A stretch of DNA of 56,907 bases from an uncultured Victivallales bacterium (GTDB taxonomy: Bacteria > Verrucomicrobiota > Lentisphaeria > Victivallales > UBA1829), in contig CAZORN010000002.1 in assembly GCA_964581935.1 (NCBI GenBank), positions 1 to 56,907 on the forward strand, written 5' to 3'. The notes below the pieces were generated by a model, which had not been told where the DNA came from, did not search any database, and worked only from the letters and a program-made list of their open reading frames with translations. Position numbers and translations under genes: made by a program. Numbering within the stretch: position 1 is the first letter of the stretch; every line of letters begins with the position of its first letter. Positions 9,388 through 19,174 of the stretch are shown one piece after another.

Positions 9388-9993
9388 TTACCGGCGGACC
9401 AGAAGAATGCGGTCGAGGCTGATTCCATTTTCCTTTTTGGAATTCTTTACATAAGCGGGTCCGGTGAACTTCAGGGACACCAGCACTTCCACCTTGTTCC
9501 GGTCTCCGCCGTCTTCCCTGTACCAGCGGCTCAGGTCCTGCTGCAGATACCATGTCGGATGACCGTAGAACAGGGTTTTCGGCTCCAGAACGACTTTCCC
9601 AAGAGAATAGAAATGGTATTTTTCATCCTGCGGGATCTGGTCTTTCTTCAGCCGCAGAAAAGCCAATGTAGTGCGGGAGGTCCGCCCGGCAATGCCCATG
9701 GTGAATTCCTGCGCGTGGAACTTAGCGGTATCCTCCTCTTTCCGGAGAGTTCCGACCGACATGGCTTTTCCGCCCGCGGCCTCGGAATCATCGGCAATGG
9801 TCACACCGAATTTCTTCACTTCCCCCAGAGAGGTGAAATCATTTGAGACGATCTCAAACACTTCCTTTCCCGTGCAATTTTCCGGAACCGGATATTTCGC
9901 GCCGGGTTTTGGAGAAAGATCCACAATATCCTGTGCGAAAACGGCATAGGAAGCGCAGACGAGAATCAGACAACGGAAGAGTATGGCTTTCAT
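9388..9993 (-). CDS. secreted stand-alone copy of the C-terminal domain of the adjacent DUF4838-like protein
   Basis: It has a signal peptide (MKAILFRCLILVCASYAVFAQ). It shares KPGA[KR]YPVP, DD[SP]EAAG[GS]KAM, IPQDEKYHFY, TWYLQQ[DE]L, VSLKFTGPAYVK and DRILLVR with the last ~185 aa of the upstream gene. The start lies 1 nt after that gene's stop. Confidence 0.85.
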   Translation of the reverse strand: MKAILFRCLILVCASYAVFAQDIVDLSPKPGAKYPVPENCTGKEVFEIVSNDFTSLGEVKKFGVTIADDSEAAGGKAMSVGTLRKEEDTAKFHAQEFTMGIAGRTSRTTLAFLRLKKDQIPQDEKYHFYSLGKVVLEPKTLFYGHPTWYLQQDLSRWYREDGGDRNKVEVLVSLKFTGPAYVKNSKKENGISLDRILLVRR

Positions 9994-9994
9994 A

Positions 9995-12409
9995 TCATCG
10001 TTCCTTTCCTTTCAGGGATTGTTTTTCGGAGTCGGGGGTTTCCGTCCGCACCAGAAGAATCCGGTCCATCCAGAAAGCGTTTTCCTTTTGGGAGCCTTTC
10101 ACATAGGCGGGCCCGGTGAACTTCAGCGAAACGAATACCCGGTAGCGGTTTTCTTCCGGGTCATCCTTCCGGAAAAAACCGCCCAGCTCCTGCTGAAGGT
10201 ACCAGGTTTCATGCAGCCAGAGCAGGGCGGACGGTTCCAGTCTCACCGTGCCGAGCGGGTAAAAATGGTATTTTTCGTCCTGCGGGATACGGTCTTTCGG
10301 AATCACTGTGGAAAGAAGCATTCTGCCGTTGACGCGGTCCCGGATTCCCGCGGTAAACGCTTTGGCATGGAACGCCTCCGGATCGGCGATTCTCGGGGAC
10401 TTGTCCACGCCCATGGCCTTGCTTCCGGCCGCCTCGGGGTCATCGTTCATGCGGACGCCGTGAAATGTCAGGTCTCCGAACTTGTTGAAATCAGGGGCGG
10501 TGATTTCGTAAATTTCCTTTCCCGCAAGCTCACGCGGAACCGGATATCGAGCGCCCGGTTTGCGGACCCCGTTCTCGCGGAAAAATGCTTTGATCTGCGC
10601 CATGGATTTTTCAAGGGTTCCTCCCGCCAGTGTTTGACGGGCGGCGTCGGGCCAGTCTTTGGAAAGACGCGCGGCGACCTCGCCGGCATCCGGCTTGAAC
10701 CCGGGGATGTCGGGACAGCAGAGCAGTCGAGCGATGTCCAGCGGGACGCGTTCCCGGAGGACTCGCGAAGTCCTCTCCGGATCGTTCCGTACCGCATTCA
10801 GCGCGGACTGGATGAACCCTTCCGCCTTCCGGAAGAAATCAGGAGTAAGATATTTGCGCTCCAAAACGCCGCGGGTATCCAGCTCGGGTGCGGTCCGCTG
10901 AGCCTCGGCCAGCAGGTCGTAATACTCTCTCATGAAGGGCGCGGCCTCACCGTAACAGGCTTTCATGAAACGTCCGATCAGAGGCTCCAGTTCCTGACGC
11001 GGATCGCATTTGAGTTTGTATCCGGCCCACACCCGCAGCGCATGGAAGGTCGCGGTTTCCGGAAATTCGCATTCGCTGAAAACATAGTCGGCTCCGTTGT
11101 CGAGATATGTATTCAGATTTGAACGGATGGACTCCAGATTGACAAGGCATGCGTTCTTGTCCGGATTCGATCCGAAAAGAACCCAGTAATTCCATATCTG
11201 AATGGAACCGATGGAACTCCAGGTACGAAGCGATTCAAGGGTTTTCCGATTCCTCGGAAGCGTGAGCGGACGCATGGTGTCGAAGCCGCTGCCCCAGCGG
11301 CTCGGAGATACGCGGACCGTCACGTTCCGGCGCGGAACGATTCCTTCGGTCGGCGCTTTCTCGAAGGAAAGATAGGCGGACGTCTGAATCCGAACGTCGG
11401 GATACTTTTTTTCCACGGCCTCCGCGACGGCATTGACGAACTCCAGCATCCCTCCGGAAGGACTTCCGTATTTTTTCGTCCGGGCCGTGCATTCCGTACA
11501 GTGGCAGATATCCTTGATGTCATTGACCGAAAGATTGTAGAGCCGGGGCGGATTGTCCGGATTCAGCTTCCGGTCTTTTTCGATGTAGCCGATCATCTGG
11601 ACGGCAAATTTTTCTCTCGCGCGCGGACTCGAAAAACAAATCTGGCCGGGACCGAAAATATCAATGGGGCGAACCCGTTTTCCCGCCTCGTCGAGAGAAT
11701 AACAGTCCTCATACCCGTTTTCAGGCCATTCCTTCACGTAAAAAAACAGGGTGTTGAGCGGCTGTGGACTGCCGAACACCGGCGTATATCCGATTGCGGC
11801 GGACCGTTTTTCCGGAATTTTTTCCTCCCAGAAAATGTTCTCCCGACAGCGGGAAAGGAAGCGCATCCTGCGTTCGGGATCGTTGCTGTAACAGACATAG
11901 ATGCCGCGGTAAGCGAAGGCCGGTTTTCCGCGGAGATCGATTTTTTCCGGAAGAAGAATCGGGGCAGGCGGCGGAATATAGGTAAATCGTTCATCGACCC
12001 ATACGATTCCGGCAAATTTTTCGAGGAATTCATACGCGCCGTAAAGAGTCCCGCGGGGGTTGCCTCCGACGATTGCAACGCCGTCCGGAAAAGACCGGAT
12101 CAGCCACTCTTCCCGTCCCATGGAATCCGGGTCGATTTTTTTCGCGGCCGCAAAACGGGTCCGGCCCACGTAAATCGCATTTTTCAGGGCAGGCGAAGAG
12201 GATTCCTTCACACAGGGAATCTTGGTTCCCGATGCCTTGCCGAGATGTTCGGCAAGTTCCTGCGCAGCGTTCAATTCGGAAGGAGCGGGAGACTCCGGGC
12301 AAACCACAACGGAAATATCGCCGGGAATTGAAACGTTCACGGGAGCATCCCCGCGGACTATTCCAAAAGACATGAGGAAAAGGATCAGTGCAGAAATGAA
12401 AATTCGCAT
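9995..12409 (-). CDS. exported DUF4838-like putative glycoside hydrolase
   Basis: Start chosen at ATG 12409 (MRIFISALILFLMSFG signal peptide) with GGAGG 6 nt upstream. The N-terminal region (AAQELAEHLGKASG...IYVGRT...GNPRGTLYGAYEFLEKFAGIVW) is typical of DUF4838 and GH20/GH67-N-like proteins. Confidence 0.85.
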   Translation of the reverse strand: MRIFISALILFLMSFGIVRGDAPVNVSIPGDISVVVCPESPAPSELNAAQELAEHLGKASGTKIPCVKESSSPALKNAIYVGRTRFAAAKKIDPDSMGREEWLIRSFPDGVAIVGGNPRGTLYGAYEFLEKFAGIVWVDERFTYIPPPAPILLPEKIDLRGKPAFAYRGIYVCYSNDPERRMRFLSRCRENIFWEEKIPEKRSAAIGYTPVFGSPQPLNTLFFYVKEWPENGYEDCYSLDEAGKRVRPIDIFGPGQICFSSPRAREKFAVQMIGYIEKDRKLNPDNPPRLYNLSVNDIKDICHCTECTARTKKYGSPSGGMLEFVNAVAEAVEKKYPDVRIQTSAYLSFEKAPTEGIVPRRNVTVRVSPSRWGSGFDTMRPLTLPRNRKTLESLRTWSSIGSIQIWNYWVLFGSNPDKNACLVNLESIRSNLNTYLDNGADYVFSECEFPETATFHALRVWAGYKLKCDPRQELEPLIGRFMKACYGEAAPFMREYYDLLAEAQRTAPELDTRGVLERKYLTPDFFRKAEGFIQSALNAVRNDPERTSRVLRERVPLDIARLLCCPDIPGFKPDAGEVAARLSKDWPDAARQTLAGGTLEKSMAQIKAFFRENGVRKPGARYPVPRELAGKEIYEITAPDFNKFGDLTFHGVRMNDDPEAAGSKAMGVDKSPRIADPEAFHAKAFTAGIRDRVNGRMLLSTVIPKDRIPQDEKYHFYPLGTVRLEPSALLWLHETWYLQQELGGFFRKDDPEENRYRVFVSLKFTGPAYVKGSQKENAFWMDRILLVRTETPDSEKQSLKGKER

Positions 12410-12422
12410 TGGCAACCTCCGT

Positions 12423-13202
12423 TCAAGGCCTGTCTTTGATTCTGAACCAGTCACCGAGCACAGCCTGAGGCCGGGAGGGGTTCGTGTAATAATAACGGTA
12501 GCGGTTGGTCTCCTTGACCCATGTCATGGGATAAGAGTCGGCGCGTCCGTCGGCGGTCATCACCATTTTCTGCATGTTGTGCATGGCAAGGATTCCTTTC
12601 ATGGCGGTGTAAGCGGCATTCTCGGTGTCTAGGTGGTTTACCCAGTAGCCCTCGCCGCGAGCCCATTCGGAGGGCTGGATGCTGTCGCCGGGATTCAGAT
12701 ACAGGGAATCGGAACAGAAGACGGTGACGATCATGGAGTCGTATCTGGAGCGGCCCACACGGAAAATATAGGTGTATTTCGAGCTGTCGCGCTGGCCGAG
12801 CTGCTGTTCGATCATATAATTGATGTTGCGAGGAAGATTATTTTCATACCGCCACGCGGCGGCAGTGTAGTCCACGGTTTTGAGGGTCGTCGGGTCGGTC
12901 GGACAGGACAACGTTTTCAGTTGAATGTATTTTCCTTCCTTGAGCATTTGCCAGGAAGGCTTGTAGGTATTGGTATCCACCGTGCCTCCGTCGTAACGTC
13001 CGCAGGTGGGAAAATAATCGTTGCAGTCGCCGCTGTAGAGATGAATGGCCAGACCGCACTGTTTGAGGTTGCTCAAACAGGCTGTCCCCTGCGCCTTCTT
13101 TTTCGCGCTGTTCAGCGCGGGAAGCAGCATTCCCGCCAGAATGGCGATGATCGCAATCACGACCAGCAGTTCGATCATTGTAAAAAGCGTCTTTACCCGC
13201 AT
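12423..13202 (-). CDS. prepilin-type N-terminal cleavage/methylation domain protein with H-X9-DG motif (pseudopilin-like), copy 1
   Basis: N-terminus [49 protein letters not shown]-terminal [12 protein letters not shown] is H-X9-DG. It lies 13 nt upstream of the DUF4838-like gene. Confidence 0.9.
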   Translation of the reverse strand: MRVKTLFTMIELLVVIAIIAILAGMLLPALNSAKKKAQGTACLSNLKQCGLAIHLYSGDCNDYFPTCGRYDGGTVDTNTYKPSWQMLKEGKYIQLKTLSCPTDPTTLKTVDYTAAAWRYENNLPRNINYMIEQQLGQRDSSKYTYIFRVGRSRYDSMIVTVFCSDSLYLNPGDSIQPSEWARGEGYWVNHLDTENAAYTAMKGILAMHNMQKMVMTADGRADSYPMTWVKETNRYRYYYTNPSRPQAVLGDWFRIKDRP

Positions 13203-13488
13203 TTTTCCGATCTCCTGTCCTGAAATGTTGTTGTGAAGCCGGCGGTCGGCCCGAAAAAGGTTCCTGCTTTTCTAAATGTATGGCGGCGTATGGAAAAAGC
13301 AAACGGAAGCCTTCTGAAAAATTTAGCAGAAGTGTTTTTTTATTTAGCAAAAAATATATCTTTTTCATCGTCCTTATCCGTCCGCCTGCAAAAATACTGG
13401 AGACAAGGATTATTCTCTGTTTTTTGTCATTCGTATTTGTTTATTCAGCAGGAGCGGAATATATTCCCGGGAAAGCCTGCCGGAAAAG

Positions 13489-14382
13489 ATGGAGTCCGAT
13501 TTAGCAATTATGATTAAAAATTTAACAAAAAGTTCCTGGGAGATGTTTGATTCCGGGAAAGGGAATTATGTAAATGAAGATTCCGCTTTGGGAGAATCAT
13601 TTCCGCATCATATCCAGTTATATTGCGCAAAGGGACTCCGGCCGGACTGCATCGATACGATCCACAACCGCTGGCTGCTCAGCGTCAATCTCGGCTGCGA
13701 GTGCGTCCTGGAACTGGACAACCTTCCGGTCCGCCTGAAAAAAGGATCGTGCATTCTGGTACATCCGTATCAGAGGCATCTCTTCAAGCACACCAACGCC
13801 GGAGTTTTCCGGCTTCAGCTGGCTTTTGACATGACGGTGAAAGAACCTCCGCTTCCGCCGGGGGAAAGCATTCCCATGGACAAAAAGCTGTTCGAGCTTC
13901 TGTGCATGATCGTGAACTATGCGCGGGACAGTGCTTCCGTGCGGGACATGGAGCTGCTGCTTTCGCTGATCCTGAGCCGCATGCAGCAGCTGAACGCCCA
14001 GTCGGTCATCCCGAATCCGGAACGGATTGTCGGCAACATTTCTCTGGCGGCTGAGGTTTACCGCTATGTTTCGGAAAACCTTGAAAAGGATTTGCGGCTG
14101 GAGTCCCTGACGAAAAAATTCGGGTGCTCCGCCTCGAAATTGCGCCGGATTTTCTTTGAGCAATCCGGTCTTGGAATTGGCAAATACATTACCCGGATCC
14201 GCATGCTCAAGGCTGTTTTCCATCTTTCCAAGGATGATAAAAACATCTCCGAGATCGCGGATCTTTGCGGCTATTCGTCCATACAGACTTTCAGCAGGGC
14301 TTTTCACGCATGGCAGAAGATGTCTCCGAACCGATTCCGCAAGGAGAGCCGTTACCTCAAATCCATGAAGAAACGGCGCTGA
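13489..14382 (+). CDS. AraC family transcriptional regulator
   Basis: C-terminal double helix-turn-helix: LESLTKKFGCSASKLRRIFFEQSGLGIGKYITRIRMLKAV...ISEIADLCGYSSIQTFSRAFHAWQKMSPNRFRK. It is divergent from pseudopilin copy 1. An alternative start is ATG 13510. Confidence 0.85.
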   Translation: MESDLAIMIKNLTKSSWEMFDSGKGNYVNEDSALGESFPHHIQLYCAKGLRPDCIDTIHNRWLLSVNLGCECVLELDNLPVRLKKGSCILVHPYQRHLFKHTNAGVFRLQLAFDMTVKEPPLPPGESIPMDKKLFELLCMIVNYARDSASVRDMELLLSLILSRMQQLNAQSVIPNPERIVGNISLAAEVYRYVSENLEKDLRLESLTKKFGCSASKLRRIFFEQSGLGIGKYITRIRMLKAVFHLSKDDKNISEIADLCGYSSIQTFSRAFHAWQKMSPNRFRKESRYLKSMKKRR

Positions 14383-14396
14383 CAGCGTTGTCTTGG

Positions 14397-16190
14397 TCAG
14401 CTTTGCGAGGACGCCGAAACCGTGAATGGAGGCGTTTCCGCAGAGCAGGGGAGGACGATGCGGAAGGAGCATCCCGCGTTGGGGACGCTCTCGAGCTCGG
14501 CGCGTCCGCCGTGAAGCTGGGCGATATGCTTGACGATCGCCAGCCCGAGTCCGGTTCCGCCGAGAGAACGGCTGCGTTCCTTGTGGACGCGGTAGAAGCG
14601 TTCGAAGATCCGCCCCTGGTGTTCCGGGGCAATCCCGATTCCGTAGTCGCGGACCTCGATTACGGCGGATTCGCCCTCCCGGTAGAGGGAAAGGTCGATG
14701 GTTTTGGAACCGCTGTATTTGATGGCGTTGTTGACGAGGTTGACGACCGCCTGTTCGAGGAGCTGACAATCGCCTTCGAGCTCAAGGGACTCCTGCTTTT
14801 TGACGGAAAGCGAGATTCCGTTCTGGACCGCTCTTTCCGAACAGAGGGAGATGGCGTTGGAAAGCATGGACTCCAGCTTCACGCGGGTGAACTCCTTTTT
14901 CGGGTCGAGCTGCTTGCGTTCCAGCGCGGAAAGGCTCAGGATGTCCTGCACCAGCATGTTCAGACGGTTGGTCTGGTCGAAGAGCATGGAGATGAGCTTG
15001 TCGAACTGTTCTTTGCTGAGGTCGGGTTCTTCGCGGATGGTTTCGACGGCGCCCACGATGCAGGTCAGCGGAGTCTTGATCTCATGGGAGACATTCGCGA
15101 TGAAGTCGCTGCGGAAGGATTCGAGCTTACGGAGATTCGTGAGGTCGGTGATCGTCAGGAGGAGGAACCGGGTATCGTTCTGGCGGATGGTGTTTCCCTT
15201 GATGAGAAGCGTGAGGGGGCCGTGATCCTTCTGGAGGGTGAACTCCTTTTCGAAGGAGTCGCCGGTCTGGAAGCTGTTGCGCGCCAGCGGGAGGAGCTCC
15301 GAAATGCCGGACCGTGCCAGGTTGAAACGGGCGTTCTGCTGGAGTCCGAAGAGCTTTCCCCCGGCATGATTGAATTTCTGGACATCCCCGTTGGAGGAGA
15401 AAAGGAGAACGGCTTCGGTCATGGCGTTGAGGATCGCTTCTTTCTCGTTGCGTTCGGCGGTCATCAGGGAAAGGTGTTCGCGGAGGCTTTCGGCCATTTC
15501 GGAGACGCCAAAGGCAAGCTCGCGGACGATTCCGCGCGGGGGAACGGGAATTGCGGTATCGAGCTCGCCGTTCGTAACGGATTCTACGGCGCTCTGGAGT
15601 TCGAGGAGCGGGCGTCGCACGTGAAGGATGATGTAGGCTGTCAGGAAGCCGACGAGGGTTGCGCCGAGGAGCAGGGCGAAAAGCATGTTTCTTTCGGCCA
15701 TGCGGAGGACCTGAAAGACATTGTCTGTGGAGACGGCCGAGCGGAGGACGAAATCGCCGTGATCGGTTTTGAGGAGTACGGCATGGTAGATCATCCACTG
15801 GTTGAGGCTTTCGCTGTAGCGGGTGACCGTGGCGGGGAGGCCCTGAAAGGCGTTCCGGATTTCCGGGCGGTTCAGGTGGTTGGAGAGGAGGGCGGCGTTT
15901 TCGGAAGAATCCGCACGGACTTTGCCGGAAGCGTCGATGAGGGTCAGGCGGAGAGTGTCCTTATCGAAATTGTCGCAGAATTTCCGGGCCTCGTCGAAAT
16001 GTCCGGTGTTGAGAATCGGGGTCAGGATCATGGAAACAAGGCGTGTTTCCTGCGCGATGTTGTTTTCGGCCTGCCGCATGTAGGCATTTTCGAAATAGGA
16101 AAGGTGCCAGAAAAGAAGGACCGCGGCAAGAGCCATGATCAACGCGGCGGAAACCGGAAGAAAAAAGAGAACTTTGTCGCGGTTCTTCAT
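14397..16190 (-). CDS. phoR: phosphate-regulon sensor histidine kinase
   Basis: H-box NVSHEIKTPLT, N-box NLVNNAIKYS, and G-boxes DYGIGI and GGTGLGLAIVKHI. The N-terminus has a TM segment. The gene lies 2 nt downstream of phoB in the pst-phoU cluster. Confidence 0.9.
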   Translation of the reverse strand: MKNRDKVLFFLPVSAALIMALAAVLLFWHLSYFENAYMRQAENNIAQETRLVSMILTPILNTGHFDEARKFCDNFDKDTLRLTLIDASGKVRADSSENAALLSNHLNRPEIRNAFQGLPATVTRYSESLNQWMIYHAVLLKTDHGDFVLRSAVSTDNVFQVLRMAERNMLFALLLGATLVGFLTAYIILHVRRPLLELQSAVESVTNGELDTAIPVPPRGIVRELAFGVSEMAESLREHLSLMTAERNEKEAILNAMTEAVLLFSSNGDVQKFNHAGGKLFGLQQNARFNLARSGISELLPLARNSFQTGDSFEKEFTLQKDHGPLTLLIKGNTIRQNDTRFLLLTITDLTNLRKLESFRSDFIANVSHEIKTPLTCIVGAVETIREEPDLSKEQFDKLISMLFDQTNRLNMLVQDILSLSALERKQLDPKKEFTRVKLESMLSNAISLCSERAVQNGISLSVKKQESLELEGDCQLLEQAVVNLVNNAIKYSGSKTIDLSLYREGESAVIEVRDYGIGIAPEHQGRIFERFYRVHKERSRSLGGTGLGLAIVKHIAQLHGGRAELESVPNAGCSFRIVLPCSAETPPFTVSASSQS

Positions 16191-16192
16191 GA

Positions 16193-16882
16193 TCAGAAAC
16201 CCTGTTTGAGGCGGTAGCCGACGCCGCGGACCGTTTCGATATTGATGCCCCAGTCGCCGAGTTTGCGGCGGAGGTTGACGATCTGTACGTCGATGGCGCG
16301 TTCCGTGACGGGGTAGTCTTCGCCCTTGATGCGGCTGATGATCTGGTTGCGGGTGTAGACGCGGCCCGGATGAGAGGCGAAGAGTTTCAGGATTTCGAAT
16401 TCGCTCAGGGTGAGGTCGAGTTCATTCCCCTGGAGCTTGGCGCTGTGGGTGTCGGAATTGATGACGAGTCCGGAGCAGCGGATTTCGGAACTGGTTTCCT
16501 GTTCGGCGAAGCCGCGGAGCTGAGCCCGGACGCGCGCAATGAGGATCTTGCGGCTGAAGGGTTTGGTGATGTAGTCGCACGCGCCCATTTCGAGTCCGAT
16601 GACGATGTCGGTCTCCTCGCTTTTGGCGGTGAGCATGATGACGGGAATGTTGCGGGTCTCTTCGCCTTCCTTGAGCTTTCGGCAGACGGTGAGGCCGTCG
16701 ATGCCGGGAAGCATGAGGTCGAGGAGGATGAGGTCGGGCAGGCGGAGCTGGGCCTGCCGCAGTCCGTCCTCGCCGTTTTCGGCGGTGTAGATGGTGGAGT
16801 ATCCGGCGGTTTCGAGAGTGAGTTTGACGAGGTCCCGGATCGGGGCTTCGTCTTCGATCAGCAGAATCTTTTCATTTGCCAT
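16193..16882 (-). CDS. phoB: phosphate-regulon response regulator (OmpR/PhoB family)
   Basis: Receiver domain (MANEKILLIEDEAPIRDLV...PDLILLDLMLPGIDG...MLTAK) plus a winged helix (LTLSEFEILKLF...VDVQIVNLRRKL...TVRGVGYRL). Start chosen at ATG 16882. The ORF track extends to 16960. Confidence 0.92.
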   Translation of the reverse strand: MANEKILLIEDEAPIRDLVKLTLETAGYSTIYTAENGEDGLRQAQLRLPDLILLDLMLPGIDGLTVCRKLKEGEETRNIPVIMLTAKSEETDIVIGLEMGACDYITKPFSRKILIARVRAQLRGFAEQETSSEIRCSGLVINSDTHSAKLQGNELDLTLSEFEILKLFASHPGRVYTRNQIISRIKGEDYPVTERAIDVQIVNLRRKLGDWGINIETVRGVGYRLKQGF

Positions 16883-17549
16883 GTCTGCGCCCTTCATGTT
16901 TGTGACGTACGATGTTTCCGCTTTCAAGATAGATGATGTCTTCGCAGATATTCGTCGCAATATCCGCGATGCGTTCCAGACATCGCGACACGGTCAGGCA
17001 ATCCATATAATAGCCAGACTCGTTCGGATGCTTCAGGATCATGTCCCGCACCCGGGAATAGTTTTCCCGGTGAATGTCGTCCACGGCATTGTCCATGCGG
17101 ATCACCTCGGTTGCGAGGACGACATCGTGGTAGGTCATGGAATCCAGAGATTTCCGGAACATCTCGCACGCACGGTTTACCATACACGAGAAATCGATTT
17201 TTTCAATCGGGGAATCCGCATAGTTGACCATATCCGGGACCCGTTCGGCGATGCTGGCCGCGAGATCTCCGGCGCGTTCAATTTCGTTATTGACTTTCAT
17301 GATGGTGACGACCTGCCGGAGATCGCCGGCCACCGGCTGGTAGAGCGCGAGGATCTTGAGGCATTCCTCCTCGATCTTGATTTCGGCGTCGTCGATGGCA
17401 TCGTCGCCCGCCTTGACTTTTGCGGCATCGTCCACCTGAAGCTTCTCCACCGCGTTGACCGAGAGAAGGATGGCCGCCTCGACCTGCGCCGCGACCTCGG
17501 AGATCATCTGGTTGAGTCCTTCGAGAGCCTGGATAAAATGGGCTTTCAT
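16872..17549 (-). CDS. phoU: phosphate signalling complex protein PhoU
   Basis: A two-repeat PhoU architecture with DDAIDDAEIKIEEEC...ERAGDLAASIAE and NAVDDIHREN...LERIADIATNICE. Confidence 0.92.
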   Translation of the reverse strand: MKAHFIQALEGLNQMISEVAAQVEAAILLSVNAVEKLQVDDAAKVKAGDDAIDDAEIKIEEECLKILALYQPVAGDLRQVVTIMKVNNEIERAGDLAASIAERVPDMVNYADSPIEKIDFSCMVNRACEMFRKSLDSMTYHDVVLATEVIRMDNAVDDIHRENYSRVRDMILKHPNESGYYMDCLTVSRCLERIADIATNICEDIIYLESGNIVRHKHEGRRHGK

Positions 17550-17567
17550 TGTTCCGAATCCTCCTTA

Positions 17568-18323
17568 TTAACCGAAGCGTCCGGTAATGTATTCTTCTGT
17601 TTTTTTGATTTTTGGATTGGTGAAAATCTGGCGGGTTTCTCCGAATTCGATGATTTCGCCCTTGAAGAAGAAGGCGGTGAAATCGCTGATCCGGGCGGCC
17701 TGCTGCATATTGTGCGTGACGATCACGATGGTGAACCGGCTTTTGAGATCAAACATGAGTTCCTCGATTTTGAGCGTGGCAACGGGGTCGATGGCGCTGG
17801 TGGGCTCGTCCATGAGAAGAACTTCCGGTTCGGTGGCGATGGCGCGTGCGATGCACAGCCGCTGCTGCTGTCCGCCCGACAGCGCAAGTCCGCTTGACTT
17901 GAGCTTGTCCTTGACCTCTTCCCAGATGGAGGCGCCGCGCAGGGCTTTTTCCACCCGTTCGGCAGTTTCCTTCGGGGAGAGCTTATAATGGAGCTTGAGC
18001 GGGTAGGCAACATTGTCGAATACGGACATGGGAAACGGGGTGGGTTTCTGGAAAATCATGCCGACCTTCCGGCGGAGTTCGAGCACATCGACGCCGGGGG
18101 CGAGGATATTTTCACCGTCGAGGAGGACTTCCCCCGTGACCTTCTGTTCGCGATAGAGCTCGAAAATGCGGTTGTAAATGCGTAAGTGGGTGGATTTTCC
18201 GCAACCGGAGGGTCCGATCACCGCCGTAATCCTGTTTTCCTCGACGCAGAGATTGTTGTTGAAAAGCGCCTGATGGCTTCCGTAGTGAAAATTGATATTT
18301 TTAGCCTCGATTTTAATGCTCAT
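17568..18323 (-). CDS. pstB: phosphate ABC transporter ATP-binding protein
   Basis: Walker [10 protein letters not shown], signature LSGGQQQRL, Walker [12 protein letters not shown], and the PstB-typical C-terminus YITGRFG. The true start is ATG 18323 (MSIKIEAKN). The 551-aa ORF-track entry reads on through pstA out of its proper frame. Confidence 0.95.
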   Translation of the reverse strand: MSIKIEAKNINFHYGSHQALFNNNLCVEENRITAVIGPSGCGKSTHLRIYNRIFELYREQKVTGEVLLDGENILAPGVDVLELRRKVGMIFQKPTPFPMSVFDNVAYPLKLHYKLSPKETAERVEKALRGASIWEEVKDKLKSSGLALSGGQQQRLCIARAIATEPEVLLMDEPTSAIDPVATLKIEELMFDLKSRFTIVIVTHNMQQAARISDFTAFFFKGEIIEFGETRQIFTNPKIKKTEEYITGRFG

Positions 18324-19174
18324 GTTTTTTTCTCCCGGAAAATGATTCTTGTGGACAAATTGATCACCAGAACGAGCACCGTGACGACGAGGGCCGCGCC
18401 CCAGCCGGCCTGGTGCATGACCTCGAATGGAGAGTTGGTGGAGTATTCCGTGATGAGCACGGGCATGTTGGCGGTCGGACCGGTGAAGTAATTCTTCGGC
18501 CAGCCGTCGGAAAACAGGGCGGTGAACAGCAGGGGAGCGGTCTCCCCGCTGACGCGGGAAAGCGAAAGGAGGATTCCTGTGAGAAGTCCCTTGCGTGCAC
18601 TCAGACAGACGATGCAGAGGGTGGCGCGGGTCCGCGTCATGCCGAGGGCGAGGGCGGATTCGCGGAGGGCGTCCGGAACCATGCCGAGCATGTCTTCCGT
18701 GGTCCGCATGATGACCGGAAACATGATGATCGCCAGCGCGACGGAGGCCGCGAAGCCCGAGAAGTTGCCGGTCGGGAGAACCAGAATGATATAGGCGAAG
18801 AGCCCGACGAGCACGGAGGGAATTCCCATCATGACGTTGGCGGAGAAGCGGAGGATGTTGGAAACGGTTTTCCAGTCTTTGTATTCGGCGAGGAAGATGC
18901 CGGCGCAGAGGGCGGGCGGCACGGCGAGCACGGCGGCTCCGAACGTGATCATGACCGACCCGAGGAGGGCGTTTGCGATGCCGCCCCGGACGGCGCCGTA
19001 GGGCATGGTGGGCGTCGTGAAGAAGGAGAGGTTCATGGAGCGGAAACCGTAGCAGGCGACGGTGTAAAGGATCCAGAGCATGGCTCCGACCGCCAGCAGG
19101 ACCGCGGTGGTGGAGAAAATCTTCACGAATTGATTGGTCAGTTTCCGCCAGGTGAGGGGTCTTCGCTTCATCAT
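18320..19174 (-). CDS. pstA: phosphate ABC transporter permease PstA
   Basis: Multi-TM permease with ALGMTR...[15 protein letters not shown]. The start MMKRRPLTW at 19174 overlaps the pstC stop (ATGA), and the stop overlaps the pstB start. Confidence 0.9.
   Translation of the reverse strand: MMKRRPLTWRKLTNQFVKIFSTTAVLLAVGAMLWILYTVACYGFRSMNLSFFTTPTMPYGAVRGGIANALLGSVMITFGAAVLAVPPALCAGIFLAEYKDWKTVSNILRFSANVMMGIPSVLVGLFAYIILVLPTGNFSGFAASVALAIIMFPVIMRTTEDMLGMVPDALRESALALGMTRTRATLCIVCLSARKGLLTGILLSLSRVSGETAPLLFTALFSDGWPKNYFTGPTANMPVLITEYSTNSPFEVMHQAGWGAALVVTVLVLVINLSTRIIFREKKT

Noticed and set aside
14265-16217. A set of long ORFs on the strand opposite to confidently assigned genes. This one is 650 aa on the plus strand. 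Others are 147..1091, 994..1737, 3356..4510, 4603..5565, 5562..6788, 16791..17897, 18413..19213, 20451..21497, 22222..23052, 23242..24576, 27814..28827, 29416..30669, 39884..41212, 43570..44718, 46607..47800, 47649..48995 and 55362..56243.
   Set aside because: These are shadow ORFs, typical of GC-rich coding DNA. Their products are low-complexity (Arg/Gly/Asp/Glu/Pro-rich) and lack motifs. Each lies antisense to a gene with clear family signatures.
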